Source of the DNA: an uncultured bacterium
GTDB lineage: Bacteria; Bacillota_I; Bacilli_A; RFN20; CAG-826
Assembly (NCBI GenBank): GCA_949285325.1
Contig: CASDYZ010000025.1
Location: forward strand, 1,450-65,449
DNA: 64,000 bases
Reading direction: 5' to 3'
Under the pieces are notes generated by a model that saw only the letters and a program-made list of their open reading frames with translations, made no database searches and was not told the DNA's origin. Positions 41,841 through 52,838 of the stretch are shown piece after piece (position 1 is the first letter of the stretch; each line of letters begins with the position of its first letter). Position numbers and translations under genes: made by a program.

Positions 41841-42491
41841 ATGAAAATGAATATTATTCTAATGGGCCCACCTGGTGCAGGCAAGGGCACAGCTGCTAAA
41901 CAGCTTAAAGAAGCCTTCAATCTCGTTCATATCTCAACTGGTGATATGTTTAGAGAAGCGATTAAAGAAGGGACAGAATTAGGCAAATTAGCTAAAACAT
42001 TCATCGATAGAGGCGACCTTGTCCCAGACGATGTCACCATTGGCATCGTAAAAGAAAGACTCGCAAAAAAAGATTGTGAAAATGGATTCCTTCTCGATGG
42101 TTTCCCTAGAACATTAGTCCAAGCTGAAGCGCTTGATAAACTATCAAAAGAAATCAATAGAGAAATCGATACTGTCATCAATCTTGAATGCGAGCAAGAT
42201 GAACTCGTCAGACGTATAAGTGGTAGAAGAGTTTGTAAAAATTGTGGTGCACCTTACCACATCGAAACGATGAAACCAAAAGTCGACGGCGTGTGCGATA
42301 TTTGTGGAGGCCCTCTCTTTCAAAGAGCGGACGACAACGAAGAAGCACTTAAAGTTCGTTTACATCACTATGTTGAAAGCACTAAACCTCTGCTCGAATA
42401 TTATGAGAAATTAGGTTTACTTAAGAATTTTAATTCACTAGTAGGTGCTAAAACATTATTCGATGAGATTTCACAATATTTAAAAGCGTAA
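41841..42491 (+). CDS. adk: adenylate kinase (zinc-lid type)
   Basis: GPPGAGKGT P-loop; lid CKNCG...CDICGG. Confidence 0.95.
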   Translation: MKMNIILMGPPGAGKGTAAKQLKEAFNLVHISTGDMFREAIKEGTELGKLAKTFIDRGDLVPDDVTIGIVKERLAKKDCENGFLLDGFPRTLVQAEALDKLSKEINREIDTVINLECEQDELVRRISGRRVCKNCGAPYHIETMKPKVDGVCDICGGPLFQRADDNEEALKVRLHHYVESTKPLLEYYEKLGLLKNFNSLVGAKTLFDEISQYLKA

Positions 42492-42494
42492 GAT

Positions 42495-43256
42495 ATGATT
42501 ATTATCAAATCGGAACGTGAAATAAGTTTGATGCGTGAGGCAGGTAAAGTAGTCGCTGAAGTGTTTAAACAACTAGAGCCTCTTTGCCGCCCAGGCGTAT
42601 CGAGCGAATATCTCTCTAACAAAGCAGAAGAAATCATTAGAGAGCGTGGTTGTACGCCGACATTTAAAGGTTATAACGGATTTCCAGGTGCGATATGTGT
42701 CTCGCTTAACGACACATTAGTGCACGGTATCCCAAGTAAACATATCATCTTAAAAGAAGGAGATATTGTCTCGCTTGACGTCGGTGCAACTTATCAAGGC
42801 TACTGCGCTGATGCGTGTCGAACATTCGCAGTTGGAGAAATAAAAGAAAACGCTAGAAGATTGATAGAAACAACTAAACAAAGTTTCTTCGAAGCGGTAA
42901 AACTTATTAAACCAGGTGTGAGGTTGGGCGACATCAGTCATAGAATTCAAGAATATTGTGAAGCACATGGATATTCTTTACCTCGCGACTTTACCGGACA
43001 CGGAGTAGGGGCACATCTTCATGAAGACCCAGTTATACCAAATTATGGTAAAGAAGGGGTTGGACCTATACTTCAAGAAGGTATGGGACTCGCGATTGAA
43101 CCTATGGTAGCGGAAGGCAAACATTACACTAGAACTCTTCCAGATGGATGGACGACTAAAATGCGTGATGGTAAACTTTCTGCTCATTATGAGAATACCG
43201 TTATAGTCACGAAAGATGGCTATGTGATATTAACGATGTACGAGGGGGAGAAATAG
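42495..43256 (+). CDS. map: type I methionine aminopeptidase
   Basis: Pita-bread-fold metal ligands in the translation. Confidence 0.9.
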   Translation: MIIIKSEREISLMREAGKVVAEVFKQLEPLCRPGVSSEYLSNKAEEIIRERGCTPTFKGYNGFPGAICVSLNDTLVHGIPSKHIILKEGDIVSLDVGATYQGYCADACRTFAVGEIKENARRLIETTKQSFFEAVKLIKPGVRLGDISHRIQEYCEAHGYSLPRDFTGHGVGAHLHEDPVIPNYGKEGVGPILQEGMGLAIEPMVAEGKHYTRTLPDGWTTKMRDGKLSAHYENTVIVTKDGYVILTMYEGEK

Positions 43257-43258
43257 GC

Positions 43259-43477
43259 ATGTCAAAACAAGATGTCATCGAAGTACAGGCGGTAGTTATC
43301 GAGAATTTACCTAACGCGATGTTTAAGGTAAAACTCGAAAATGGAGTCGTAATATTGGCCACCGTTTCTGGAAAAATCCGAATGAATTACATTCGCATCC
43401 TTCCAGGTGATAGAGTTACGGTTGAAGTATCGCCTTATGATTTAACACGGGGCCGCATAACTTTCCGTTTCAAGTAG
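43259..43477 (+). CDS. infA: translation initiation factor IF-1
   Basis: 72-aa S1-like fold. Confidence 0.95.
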   Translation: MSKQDVIEVQAVVIENLPNAMFKVKLENGVVILATVSGKIRMNYIRILPGDRVTVEVSPYDLTRGRITFRFK

Positions 43478-43507
43478 AAACGAATTAATTTAGGAGGAAT
43501 AAAACTT

Positions 43508-43621
43508 TATGAAAGTCAGACCTTCAGTCAAACCTATTTGCTCTAAGTGTAAAGTTATCAGAAGACATGGCAAACTCATGGTCATCTGCTCTGATCCAAA
43601 ACACAAGCAAAGACAAGGTTA
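43508..43621 (+). CDS. rpmJ: 50S ribosomal protein L36 (37 aa)
   Basis: My own translation: [46 protein letters not shown] upstream. Missing from the ORF track because it is short. Confidence 0.9.
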
Positions 43622-43644
43622 ATTATTAGGAGGATTAATAGAAT

Positions 43645-44019
43645 ATGGCACGTATTGTTGGTGTTGATATTCCAAACGATAAGCCAGTAGGTATTTCCAT
43701 CACTTATATTTACGGTATTGGAAGACCGACTGCTTTAAAGATTTGTGAAGCTGCGAAAGTCAATCCAGGACTTCGCGTAAAAGATTTAAGCGACGATCAA
43801 TTCAACGCGATAAGAGGCGAAATCGCCAAATATAAAACCGAAGGTGATTTAAGAAGAGAAGTCGCATTAAATATTAAACGTCTTACCGAAATTGGTTGTT
43901 ACCGCGGTTTAAGACATCGCAAAGGTCTACCTGTTCGTGGGCAAAGAACTAAAACTAACGCTAGAACGAGAAAAGGACCTAAGAAAACTATTGCCAATAA
44001 GAAAGCGGCACCTAAATAA
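43645..44019 (+). CDS. rpsM: 30S ribosomal protein S13
   Basis: [10 protein letters not shown]. Confidence 0.95.
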   Translation: MARIVGVDIPNDKPVGISITYIYGIGRPTALKICEAAKVNPGLRVKDLSDDQFNAIRGEIAKYKTEGDLRREVALNIKRLTEIGCYRGLRHRKGLPVRGQRTKTNARTRKGPKKTIANKKAAPK

Positions 44020-44037
44020 TGAAAGGAGATGTAAATT

Positions 44038-44427
44038 ATGGCAACTAAAACAACAACTCGTAAGAAAAAAGTCAAACGCTCCTACACCAAAGGTGTGGCT
44101 CACATTCATTCAACATTCAATAACACCATCGTCACAATCAGTGATGAACAAGGTAATGTTATAGCCTGGAGTAGTGCAGGTGCATTAGGATTTAAAGGTG
44201 CGAAAAAATCGACACCATTTGCTGCTCAACAAGCTGCGGAAACTGCAGGCAAAAATGCATATGATCAAGGTATTAGAACAGTCGATGTCGATGTCAAAGG
44301 ACCTGGTCCAGGTAGAGAAGGGGCAATCCGCTCTTTAAGTGTCGCTGGACTTCAAGTCGTCTCCATCACCGATTCTACACCAATCCCACATAATGGCTGC
44401 CGTCCACCAAAACGCCCACGTGGTTAA
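44038..44427 (+). CDS. rpsK: 30S ribosomal protein S11
   Basis: uS11 by translation and position. Confidence 0.95.
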   Translation: MATKTTTRKKKVKRSYTKGVAHIHSTFNNTIVTISDEQGNVIAWSSAGALGFKGAKKSTPFAAQQAAETAGKNAYDQGIRTVDVDVKGPGPGREGAIRSLSVAGLQVVSITDSTPIPHNGCRPPKRPRG

Positions 44428-44443
44428 TTAATAGGAGGAATTT

Positions 44444-45424
44444 TTGATGAAAATTGCAAATCCATTCGAACAATTTGACATTACAAGTGCAGATTATGAT
44501 GGTAATGAAAACTATGGTCGATTTGTTATTGAACCATTAGAAAGAGGATTTGGTTTAACTCTTGGTAACGCATTACGCCGTGTACTATTAAGCGCTTTAC
44601 CAGGCGCGTCGATGTATGCGATTGAAATTGAAGGTGCTCGTCATGAATTCAGTGCCCTTCCAGGTATTGAAGAAGACATTACCCAAATTATTCTCAACCT
44701 CAAAGATTTAGTGTTAAAAATCGATGGCGATGATGAATCAAAATTAGAAAACAAAAAAATTCATCTCAATATCAAAGGACCAAAAGTTGTCACCGCCGGG
44801 GATATTGAATGCCCATTTGGTGTCGAAGTCGTCAATAAAGATTTAGTAATCGCTCACGTCACTGAAGAGGGTGAATTAAATGCTACTCTTCACGTTAGAA
44901 ATGGTAGAGGTTACATCACTGGTGAACAAAATAAAGTTCTCCACCCTAATCTACCTCTAGGTGTCATTTCTACTGACAGCAATTACTCTCCAGTTTTAAA
45001 AGCTAATTACAGCGTTGAACAAACTCGTGTTGGACATGATTCTCGCTTCGATAGATTGACTCTTGAAGTTTGGACCAATGGTTCATTATTACCTCAAGAT
45101 GCCGTCGCACTCGCTGCAAAAATATTGATTGAACACTTGAATAAATTTGACAATTTAAGCGCGATTACACGCGATATTAACATTGAAAAAGATGATGAAA
45201 GTGAAGAAGAAAATAAATTTGAAAACATTCAAATTGAAGAACTCGACCTTTCAGTTAGAAGCTATAACTGCTTAAAACGTGCATCTATCAACACTGTTAT
45301 GGAATTGACTGAAAAAACTGAAGAAGATATGATGAAATACAAAAATTTAGGTAAGAAATCTTTAAAAGAAATTAAAGAAAAACTTGCTGAAATTGGACTC
45401 TCATTCAAAGGCAATGATGAATAA
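44444..45424 (+). CDS. rpoA: DNA-directed RNA polymerase subunit alpha
   Basis: N-terminal dimerisation domain and C-terminal domain in the translation. Confidence 0.95.
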   Translation: MMKIANPFEQFDITSADYDGNENYGRFVIEPLERGFGLTLGNALRRVLLSALPGASMYAIEIEGARHEFSALPGIEEDITQIILNLKDLVLKIDGDDESKLENKKIHLNIKGPKVVTAGDIECPFGVEVVNKDLVIAHVTEEGELNATLHVRNGRGYITGEQNKVLHPNLPLGVISTDSNYSPVLKANYSVEQTRVGHDSRFDRLTLEVWTNGSLLPQDAVALAAKILIEHLNKFDNLSAITRDINIEKDDESEEENKFENIQIEELDLSVRSYNCLKRASINTVMELTEKTEEDMMKYKNLGKKSLKEIKEKLAEIGLSFKGNDE

Positions 45425-45438
45425 GGAGGAAAAAGAAA

Positions 45439-45846
45439 ATGCCAGCACAAGGAAGAAAAAATGTTCATGGTAAAACCGGTGTTAGATTTAAAGCCGCATA
45501 TACCAAAAGCAAATATGAAAATATGCTCCGCAATGTGGTAAGTGACCTACTTATTCACGGGGCAGTTAAAGTTAGTGAAGCAGTATCTAAAGATGTCGTT
45601 AAACAAGCCGCGCGTCTTGTCACACTCACTAAAAAAGAAGATGTCATGAACGCGAAAAGAAACGCTTCAGCCTATGTGAGAAAAGTATATAGAGATGAAG
45701 AGAAAACTATCTCCGCACTCGACGTATTATTTAATGAAGTAGGCCCGAAGATGAAAGACCGTAATGGTGGATACACCAAGACTCTTCGCTTAGAAAATAG
45801 ACGTGGTGACAATTCGCCTGTCGTATTAGTCACTTGGGTTGATTAA
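45439..45846 (+). CDS. rplQ: 50S ribosomal protein L17
   Basis: bL17 by translation and position. Confidence 0.9.
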   Translation: MPAQGRKNVHGKTGVRFKAAYTKSKYENMLRNVVSDLLIHGAVKVSEAVSKDVVKQAARLVTLTKKEDVMNAKRNASAYVRKVYRDEEKTISALDVLFNEVGPKMKDRNGGYTKTLRLENRRGDNSPVVLVTWVD

Positions 45847-45857
45847 TTAAAATAATT

Positions 45858-45894
45858 CAAACTACCATTCATCGATTTGGGTGGTAGTTTTTAT
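45858..45894 (+). terminator. rho-independent terminator closing the ribosomal superoperon
   Basis: aaactaccatt-catcgatttgg-gtggtagttt hairpin followed by TTTTATT. Confidence 0.7.
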
Positions 45895-45965
45895 TATGCC
45901 TAAAATATTTATTTTTAACTAATTTTTGTATATACTTTAATTAACTCGATTTGTGGAGGAATCCG

Positions 45966-47192
45966 ATGAAGAAAGATTATATGAAAGAGTATAAAGATGC
46001 TTATACTCCCTTTTTAGTGAAAGAAGAAGCATCTAGGTGTTTACTATGTTTAGATGCACCTTGTTCAAAAGCGTGTCCAGCTGGTACAAATCCCGCTAAA
46101 TTTATCCGCTCTGTTAGATTTTCTAACATCAAAGGGGCGGCAGAAACAGTGAGAATCAACAATATTTTAGGCTCGATATGCGCTAGAGTTTGTCCGACTG
46201 AAAGATATTGTCAATTAGGTTGTTCTAGAAGTGGTATTGATAAACCGATAGATATTGGTAGAATTCAAAGATACATCACTGATTTTGAAACAACAAATAG
46301 GATGAGAATATTAGAAAGAAAAAAAGATAACGGCAAGAAAATCGCTGTGGTGGGATCAGGACCTGGTGGACTTTCAATCGCTGGTTTATTAGCTATAGAA
46401 GGATATAACGTCTCAGTATATGAAAAAGAAAATAAAATAGGTGGATATTTAAGATATGGTATACCTGAATATCGACTACCTTCTTCTATAGTTGATATGG
46501 AAATTAAAAGAATAAAAGATTTAGGTGTCGATTTTTACACCAATATAAAGATTGGTAAAGATATATCATTATCAACTCTTCAACTTCAAAATGACGCGGT
46601 CGTTTTAGCGGTCGGTACATCAAAAGGCAAGACACTTGACATGTTTAAAAATAATAAATACTGCATAACGGCGGTCGAATTATTAAAACAAATTAAAGAC
46701 AACCAAGGAAATGTAAAACTACCTTCAAATGTTTTAGTAATCGGTGGTGGTGATGTCGCGATGGATGTCAATACATCATTAAAGTTACTTAGAGTAGAAC
46801 AAGTGAGCGATGTCGTATACGAGACATATAAAGAATTTAGAGCAAGTAGAGAAGAAAAAGAAACTGCTCTTGAAAATAATGTGTCAATAATCGATGGATA
46901 TATGCCAATAAGCGTTAAAGATAATATCGTTACATTTAAACACCGCTTCATCGATTCAACTATCACCATCAAAGCTGATTTAATCGTTTTAGCAGTCGGG
47001 CAAGAAGTAGACACACAAGGATTAAATATCGATTTTGAAAAAGGTGAAGTTAAAGAAAAATCATATCGAATTGGTGGCTCAAATGTTTTTTATGTCGGAG
47101 ACATATCACATAATGAAAAGACAGTCGTACACGCGGTAAGAAGTGCGAAAGAAGTTGCTTACGCGATTAAAACTTATCTAGGAGGGAAATAA
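45966..47192 (+). CDS. preT: NAD-dependent dihydropyrimidine dehydrogenase subunit PreT-like (GltD-like, FAD/NAD(P) plus 2x[4Fe-4S])
   Basis: N-terminal Cys clusters ([14 protein letters not shown]; CARVCP), then two dinucleotide folds ([18 protein letters not shown]). Start at the ATG after GGAGGA. Confidence 0.65.
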   Translation: MKKDYMKEYKDAYTPFLVKEEASRCLLCLDAPCSKACPAGTNPAKFIRSVRFSNIKGAAETVRINNILGSICARVCPTERYCQLGCSRSGIDKPIDIGRIQRYITDFETTNRMRILERKKDNGKKIAVVGSGPGGLSIAGLLAIEGYNVSVYEKENKIGGYLRYGIPEYRLPSSIVDMEIKRIKDLGVDFYTNIKIGKDISLSTLQLQNDAVVLAVGTSKGKTLDMFKNNKYCITAVELLKQIKDNQGNVKLPSNVLVIGGGDVAMDVNTSLKLLRVEQVSDVVYETYKEFRASREEKETALENNVSIIDGYMPISVKDNIVTFKHRFIDSTITIKADLIVLAVGQEVDTQGLNIDFEKGEVKEKSYRIGGSNVFYVGDISHNEKTVVHAVRSAKEVAYAIKTYLGGK

Positions 47193-47193
47193 A

Positions 47194-48441
47194 ATGGTAA
47201 AAAAAGATTTATCTATCAATTTTATGGGAGTTAAATTCCCTAATCCATTTTGTCTAAGTGCTTCTCCAGTTGGCAATTGTTACGATATGTGTGCGAAAGC
47301 TTATGATTTAGGTTGGGGTGGCGTTGTTTTTAAAACAATCGGGTTTTTCATCGCTGATGAGGTTTCGCCTCGTTTTGACACACTTGAGAAAGAAAGTACA
47401 CCATTTGTCGGATTTAAAAATATGGAGCAAATCGCTGAGCATCCATTAGACGATAATTTAAACGATATTAGAAGACTTAAACAAGATTATCCAGATAAAG
47501 TATTAATTGCCTCAATAATGGGAGCGAATGAACAGGAGTGGGAACAATTAGCTAAGCTCGCAACTGAAGCAGGGGCAGATATGCTCGAACTTAATTTTTC
47601 TTGCCCACAGATGACAAGTCACGCGATGGGTAGCGATGTCGGTAGTTCACCTGAACTATGTGAGAAATATTGTAAAGCCGTAAGACGTGGCACTCACTTA
47701 CCTTTTATGGCGAAGATGACCCCAAACGTCACCGATATGTGTGAAGTGGCAAATGCCTCAATTAGAGGTGGGGCGAATGGAATCGCCGCGATAAACACTG
47801 TAAAATCGATATGTAATGTCGATTTAGATAAAAAGATTGGATTACCGATCATCAATGGTAAATCATCGATAAGTGGTTATTCTGGTAAGGCTATTAAACC
47901 AATTGCCCTAAGATTTATCCAACAGATGCGACAAGATGAACAATTAAAGAATGTTGAGTTATCTGGAATAGGTGGGATCGAAACGTGGATTGACGCGGTT
48001 GAATTTATATTGTTAGGATGTAAAACTCTTCAAGTGACGACGGCAATAATGGAATATGGATACCGCATTATTGAAGATTTAACTAACGGACTAATGCACT
48101 ATATGGATGAACAAAATGTTGATAAATTAGAAGATTTAGTCGGTTTAGCAAATAATAATATAATTCCAGCAGAGCATTTAGATAGAGATTATAAGATTTA
48201 TCCGTCTATTGATACAGACAAATGTATAGGGTGTGGAAGATGCGTCATATCTTGTTATGATGGGGCCCACCAAGCGATGGAGTGGGATGAAGAAAAAAGA
48301 CGACCACACTGTAACGAAGATAAGTGTGTCGGATGTTTGCTCTGCTCTCTTGTCTGTCCAATACAGGCTATTTCAAAAGGTAAAATTGTCTTTAAACCAG
48401 GACGAGGAAAAAATCGTTCAACTAAAGATTTAGTCTTATAA
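47194..48441 (+). CDS. preA: dihydropyrimidine/dihydroorotate dehydrogenase-like catalytic subunit PreA-like with a C-terminal 2x[4Fe-4S] ferredoxin domain
   Basis: DHOD-fold TIM barrel plus [11 protein letters not shown] ... [12 protein letters not shown]. Confidence 0.65.
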   Translation: MVKKDLSINFMGVKFPNPFCLSASPVGNCYDMCAKAYDLGWGGVVFKTIGFFIADEVSPRFDTLEKESTPFVGFKNMEQIAEHPLDDNLNDIRRLKQDYPDKVLIASIMGANEQEWEQLAKLATEAGADMLELNFSCPQMTSHAMGSDVGSSPELCEKYCKAVRRGTHLPFMAKMTPNVTDMCEVANASIRGGANGIAAINTVKSICNVDLDKKIGLPIINGKSSISGYSGKAIKPIALRFIQQMRQDEQLKNVELSGIGGIETWIDAVEFILLGCKTLQVTTAIMEYGYRIIEDLTNGLMHYMDEQNVDKLEDLVGLANNNIIPAEHLDRDYKIYPSIDTDKCIGCGRCVISCYDGAHQAMEWDEEKRRPHCNEDKCVGCLLCSLVCPIQAISKGKIVFKPGRGKNRSTKDLVL

Positions 48442-48465
48442 TTTTAATCAAATTTAACAAAAATT

Positions 48466-48506
48466 CCTCTTAAATAATTGATTTTTAAGGGGTTTTTTGT
48501 TTTTTA
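48466..48506 (+). terminator. rho-independent terminator after preA
   Basis: cctcttaaa...tttaagggg hairpin followed by TTTTTTGTTTTTT. Confidence 0.55.
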
Positions 48507-48635
48507 TAAATATTTTTTTAATACTTGCAATTAAATTTTAATTTTTAAATATATTTGAGAGCATTGACAATTTATTGAATACGAAGATAAAAAAATATAA
48601 AATATTTTTGATTATAAATTAGTAAGGAGAAAAAG

Positions 48636-49130
48636 ATGGCTCATTTACAACCTCAAGCAGCAAAAAGAATTGCTGAAATTGTTTACGCCCATAAAGATGA
48701 ACCTACTCCATTAATGGTTATCCTTTCTGAAGTGCAAAGTGAATTTGGTTATATACCAATCGAAGCACAAGAATTAATCGGATCACTTATCGATGTTCCA
48801 GTTTCAGAAATTTATGGTGTCGTTACCTTTTATTCTTTCTTCTCACTTGTTCCTAAAGGCAAATATGCGATCGGTGTTTGTCTAGGTACTGCTTGCTATG
48901 TCAAAGGCGCGCAGACGGTGTTGGACAAGTTTGCAGAAGTGCTAGGTGTCGAACCTGGCAAGACGACAGAAGATGGTCTTTTTACACTCGATGTATTAAG
49001 ATGCGTCGGTGCGTGCGCACTTGCACCTGCCGTTTCTATCAATGGTAAAGTTTATCCAATGGTTAAACCTTCGCAATGTCAAAGTATCGTTGACGAATAT
49101 CGCAAGAAGGAGGAAGTAGTCAGTGAATAA
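48636..49130 (+). CDS. hydC: [FeFe]-hydrogenase subunit HydC / NuoE-like [2Fe-2S] thioredoxin-like ferredoxin
   Basis: NuoE/HndA family with four Cys (CLGTAC...CVGAC). Confidence 0.75.
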   Translation: MAHLQPQAAKRIAEIVYAHKDEPTPLMVILSEVQSEFGYIPIEAQELIGSLIDVPVSEIYGVVTFYSFFSLVPKGKYAIGVCLGTACYVKGAQTVLDKFAEVLGVEPGKTTEDGLFTLDVLRCVGACALAPAVSINGKVYPMVKPSQCQSIVDEYRKKEEVVSE

Positions 49131-50997
49131 AATTACTAATGAACAAGAATTGATTGAAAGAGTAAAAATCTGCTCTAGTTGCATGGATAAAAAAATTAAA
49201 GTTAAAGATGGACATAGAGCGATTGTCGTTTGTGGAGGTACTGGATGTCTATCCTCAAATTCACAAAATCTCTTAGATAAATTTAATAAATTGATTGAAG
49301 AGCATAATTTACAAGATAAAGTTACCGCGAACATTGTTGGATGCTTTGGATTTTGCTCTAAAGGACCTTTTGTTAAAATCTTCCCAGAAGAAACTTTATA
49401 CACCCAAGTTAAAGAAGATGATGTCGATGAAATATTTGAAAAAGACATCTTAAATGGTGAAGTAGTTGAAAGATTGTTATTCTTAGATCCAGTCGATAAC
49501 GTAAGGGTGCAAAAACAATCCGACATTCACTTCTATAAACTTCAAAGAAGAGATATCGCTTTAAGAGGCAATGACACTTTAAATCCAGAATCGTTTGAAG
49601 AAGCACTTGGATTTGAAACATTCCTCGGACTTAACCGCGCGCTTCGCATGTCTCGTCAAGATGTCATCACTGAAGTGTTAAAAAGTGGTTTGAGAGGTAG
49701 AGGAGGAGCTGGTTTCCCGACTGGTAGAAAGTGGCAGTTCGCTTACGATGTCGACAGCGAAGAAAAATATATTATTTGTAATGGCGATGAAGGTGACCCA
49801 GGTGCATTTATGGATCGTTCCATCATCGAAGGTAACCCTCTCAACGTCATCGAAGGTATGATGATCGCTGGGTATGCGATTGGGGCAAAAAACGGCTACT
49901 TCTACATTCGTGCTGAATATCCAGTCGCGGTGGCAAGACTTAAAAACGCGATTAAATTATGTGAAGAAAATGGTTTATTAGGCGACCATATCTTAGGTAC
50001 TGATTTTTCATTTAGATGTCACATTAGATTAGGGGCTGGGGCATTCGTATGTGGTGAAGAAACTGCCTTACTAAATTCTATCGAAGGTAAAAGAGGTATG
50101 CCTCGTCCACGTCCACCTTTCCCTGCTGTCAAGGGCTTATGGGGAAAACCGAGTGTCATCAATAACGTTGAAACACTTGCAAACGTGCCATTCATCTTAA
50201 GAGAAGGATGGGAAAAATACGCCTCAATTGGGACTGAAAAATCTAAAGGCACAAAAGTGTTTGCCCTAGGTGGTAAAGTCAATAATGTCGGCTTAGTTGA
50301 AGTACCTATGGGTGTCACACTAAGAGAATTAATATATAACATTGGTGGTGGCATTCCACACGATAAAAAATTTAAAGCTATCCAAACTGGTGGACCTAGT
50401 GGTGGGTGTTTAACTGAAAAAGATTTAGATACACCAATCGATTACGATTCACTTATCGCCAGAGGATCAATGATGGGTTCTGGCGGCGCGATCGTTATGG
50501 ATGAAGACAACTGTATGGTCGATGTCGCAAAATTCTATATGACATTTATTTGCGATGAATCGTGCGGTAAATGTTCACCTTGTAGAATAGGAACGAAAAG
50601 ATTGCTTGAAATATTAGAAAAAATCACTGAAGGTAGAGGGACGATGGATGACATTACAAAATTAGAAGAATTGTCAAAAGTTGTTAAATCTAATTCACTT
50701 TGTGGTTTAGGACAAACCGCTGCTAACCCGATACTTTCAACTCTCGCTTCATTTAGAAACGAATATATAGAACACGTTCAAGATAAACGTTGTTCCGCTC
50801 ACGTTTGTAAAAAACTTATAGAATATTACATCATTCCAGAAAAATGTAAAAAATGTTCACTCTGCGCAAGACAATGTCCGGTCCACGCGATTAGTGGTGT
50901 CGTCGGCAAAGAACCATTTGTCATCGATACAACTAAATGTATCAAATGTGGCGCATGTTTGAGCGGATGTCGCTTTGGTGCGATTATTAAACGATAA
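49123..50997 (+). CDS. hydB: [FeFe]-hydrogenase subunit HydB / NuoF-like NAD(P)H-binding flavoprotein with extra Fe-S domains
   Basis: GTG start after AGGAGG. FMN/NADH-binding core of the 51-kDa subunit, a SLBB domain, and C-terminal 2x[4Fe-4S] (CKKCSLCARQCP, CIKCGACLSGC). Confidence 0.8.
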   Translation: MNKITNEQELIERVKICSSCMDKKIKVKDGHRAIVVCGGTGCLSSNSQNLLDKFNKLIEEHNLQDKVTANIVGCFGFCSKGPFVKIFPEETLYTQVKEDDVDEIFEKDILNGEVVERLLFLDPVDNVRVQKQSDIHFYKLQRRDIALRGNDTLNPESFEEALGFETFLGLNRALRMSRQDVITEVLKSGLRGRGGAGFPTGRKWQFAYDVDSEEKYIICNGDEGDPGAFMDRSIIEGNPLNVIEGMMIAGYAIGAKNGYFYIRAEYPVAVARLKNAIKLCEENGLLGDHILGTDFSFRCHIRLGAGAFVCGEETALLNSIEGKRGMPRPRPPFPAVKGLWGKPSVINNVETLANVPFILREGWEKYASIGTEKSKGTKVFALGGKVNNVGLVEVPMGVTLRELIYNIGGGIPHDKKFKAIQTGGPSGGCLTEKDLDTPIDYDSLIARGSMMGSGGAIVMDEDNCMVDVAKFYMTFICDESCGKCSPCRIGTKRLLEILEKITEGRGTMDDITKLEELSKVVKSNSLCGLGQTAANPILSTLASFRNEYIEHVQDKRCSAHVCKKLIEYYIIPEKCKKCSLCARQCPVHAISGVVGKEPFVIDTTKCIKCGACLSGCRFGAIIKR

Positions 50998-51011
50998 GGA
51001 GGAGATACATC

Positions 51012-52772
51012 ATGGCATTAGTCAATATTAAAATTGATGGTAAACCTTTCCAAGTTGAAAGTGGACTTACTATCTTAGAAGCCGCGAGAAAATGTGGTTT
51101 TGTTATTCCTTACTTATGTAATTTCAAAAAAGATGAATGCTCTTTAGCGTCATGTCGAGTCTGTTTAGTAGAAGTTAAAGGTGCTAGAGGTTTAGTCGCA
51201 TCTTGTGTATATCCTGTTTCAGAAGGAATGGAAATATCTATTTCGAGTGAAAAGGCGACGAGTGCGAGACGCGCTTCAGTTGAACTTTTATTATCAAATC
51301 ATCAAAAGAATTGTTTGCAGTGTTCTAAAAACAATCACTGCGAATTATTAGAAGTCGCCAAGATGGTGGGCGCGCGTGATGGTATGTATGAAGGCGCGAT
51401 GTCTCCTGCCACTCTTGATACGCTTGCTCCTGGCCTAACAAGAAATACTGCAAAATGTATTTTGTGCGGTAGATGTGTAGCAAGATGTAACAAAGCGCAA
51501 GGCATTTCTATTTTAGGATTTGAAAATCGTGGTTTTAAAACAATTGTTTCTCCTATTCAAAATAGAAGTTTTGCTACTAGTCCTTGTATACAGTGTGGAC
51601 AATGTGTCAATGTCTGTCCAACTGGCGCGCTTATGGAGCACAGCGAAATCGATAAAGTCGATGAAGCATTTAGACAAGGTAAATATGTCATCGTTCAAAC
51701 TGCCCCTGCCGTAAGGGCGGCAATTGCTGAAGAATTTGGCGAACCAATCGGAACTAGTGGAACTGGTAAAATGGTCGCTGCGTTACATAGATTAGGCTTC
51801 TATCGTGTCTTTGACACTAATTTTGGGGCTGACTTAACAATTATGGAAGAAGCCAATGAACTTATTGAAAGAATTAAAAATAAAGGTGTCTTGCCTCAAC
51901 TTACTTCCTGCAGTCCTGGCTGGGTAAATTATTTAGAATATTACTATCCTGAATTAATACCTAATCTATCGACTTGTAAATCTCCTCACATGATGATGGG
52001 TGCGATTATTAAGACATATTTTGCTAAAAAGCACAATATCGACCCTAAAGATATCTTTAATGTTTCTATCATGCCTTGTGTTGCAAAAAAATATGAGAGA
52101 AGTAGACAAGAAATGATTAGTGATGTCGACGCGGTTTTAACAACAAGAGAACTAGCTAAATTAATTAAACGCGCTGGTATAGTTTGGTCAAAATTACCAG
52201 ATGAAGAATTTGATCAAGATCTATTAGGCGAATATAGTGGGGCAGGAGCTTTATTTGGTGTAACTGGTGGAGTTATGGAAGCCGCGCTTAGAACAGCTTA
52301 TTATTGGCTAAGTGGCAAAGAATATGACAAGATTGGTTTTAAAGAAGTTAGAGGCTTAGAAGGCGTTAAAGAAGCTGATATCAATATCGATGGCACTGTT
52401 GTTAAAGTTGCTGTTACTTCCGGCATGAGAAACGCAAAACCTCTCTTAGAACAAGTTAAAAATGGTACCTCACCATACATGTTTATCGAAGTCATGGGTT
52501 GCCCTGGTGGATGTATCAATGGTGGTGGTCAACCATATGTCAAACCTCTTCTTTTACCAAATGAGGACGATGATATTTTAGATACCTACTGTGCGAAACG
52601 CGCCAGCGTCCTTTACAGCGAAGATGAAAGACAAGTAGTAAGACAATCTCACAACAATAAAGATATTAAAAAACTTTATGAAGATTTCTTAGGTAAACCT
52701 GGTTCTCACCTCGCTGAAGAACTTCTCCACACCTCTTATAATTCAAAGAGAGAAAAATATCCTAATAAATAG
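51012..52772 (+). CDS. hydA: [FeFe]-hydrogenase catalytic subunit HydA (M3 architecture)
   Basis: N-terminal [2Fe-2S] domain plus accessory clusters. H-cluster motifs L2 (MPCVAKKYE) and L3 (EVMGCPGGCINGGGQP) are canonical; L1 reads TSCSPGW instead of TSCCPGW. Confidence 0.85.
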   Translation: MALVNIKIDGKPFQVESGLTILEAARKCGFVIPYLCNFKKDECSLASCRVCLVEVKGARGLVASCVYPVSEGMEISISSEKATSARRASVELLLSNHQKNCLQCSKNNHCELLEVAKMVGARDGMYEGAMSPATLDTLAPGLTRNTAKCILCGRCVARCNKAQGISILGFENRGFKTIVSPIQNRSFATSPCIQCGQCVNVCPTGALMEHSEIDKVDEAFRQGKYVIVQTAPAVRAAIAEEFGEPIGTSGTGKMVAALHRLGFYRVFDTNFGADLTIMEEANELIERIKNKGVLPQLTSCSPGWVNYLEYYYPELIPNLSTCKSPHMMMGAIIKTYFAKKHNIDPKDIFNVSIMPCVAKKYERSRQEMISDVDAVLTTRELAKLIKRAGIVWSKLPDEEFDQDLLGEYSGAGALFGVTGGVMEAALRTAYYWLSGKEYDKIGFKEVRGLEGVKEADINIDGTVVKVAVTSGMRNAKPLLEQVKNGTSPYMFIEVMGCPGGCINGGGQPYVKPLLLPNEDDDILDTYCAKRASVLYSEDERQVVRQSHNNKDIKKLYEDFLGKPGSHLAEELLHTSYNSKREKYPNK

Positions 52773-52794
52773 TTAATATTTAAAAAAATAATTT

Positions 52795-52838
52795 AGAACT
52801 GCTTTGTTTTTTGAAAAAATGAGCAGTTCTTTTATTTT
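52795..52838 (+). terminator. rho-independent terminator after hydA
   Basis: agaactgc...gcagttct hairpin followed by TTTTATTTT. Confidence 0.6.
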
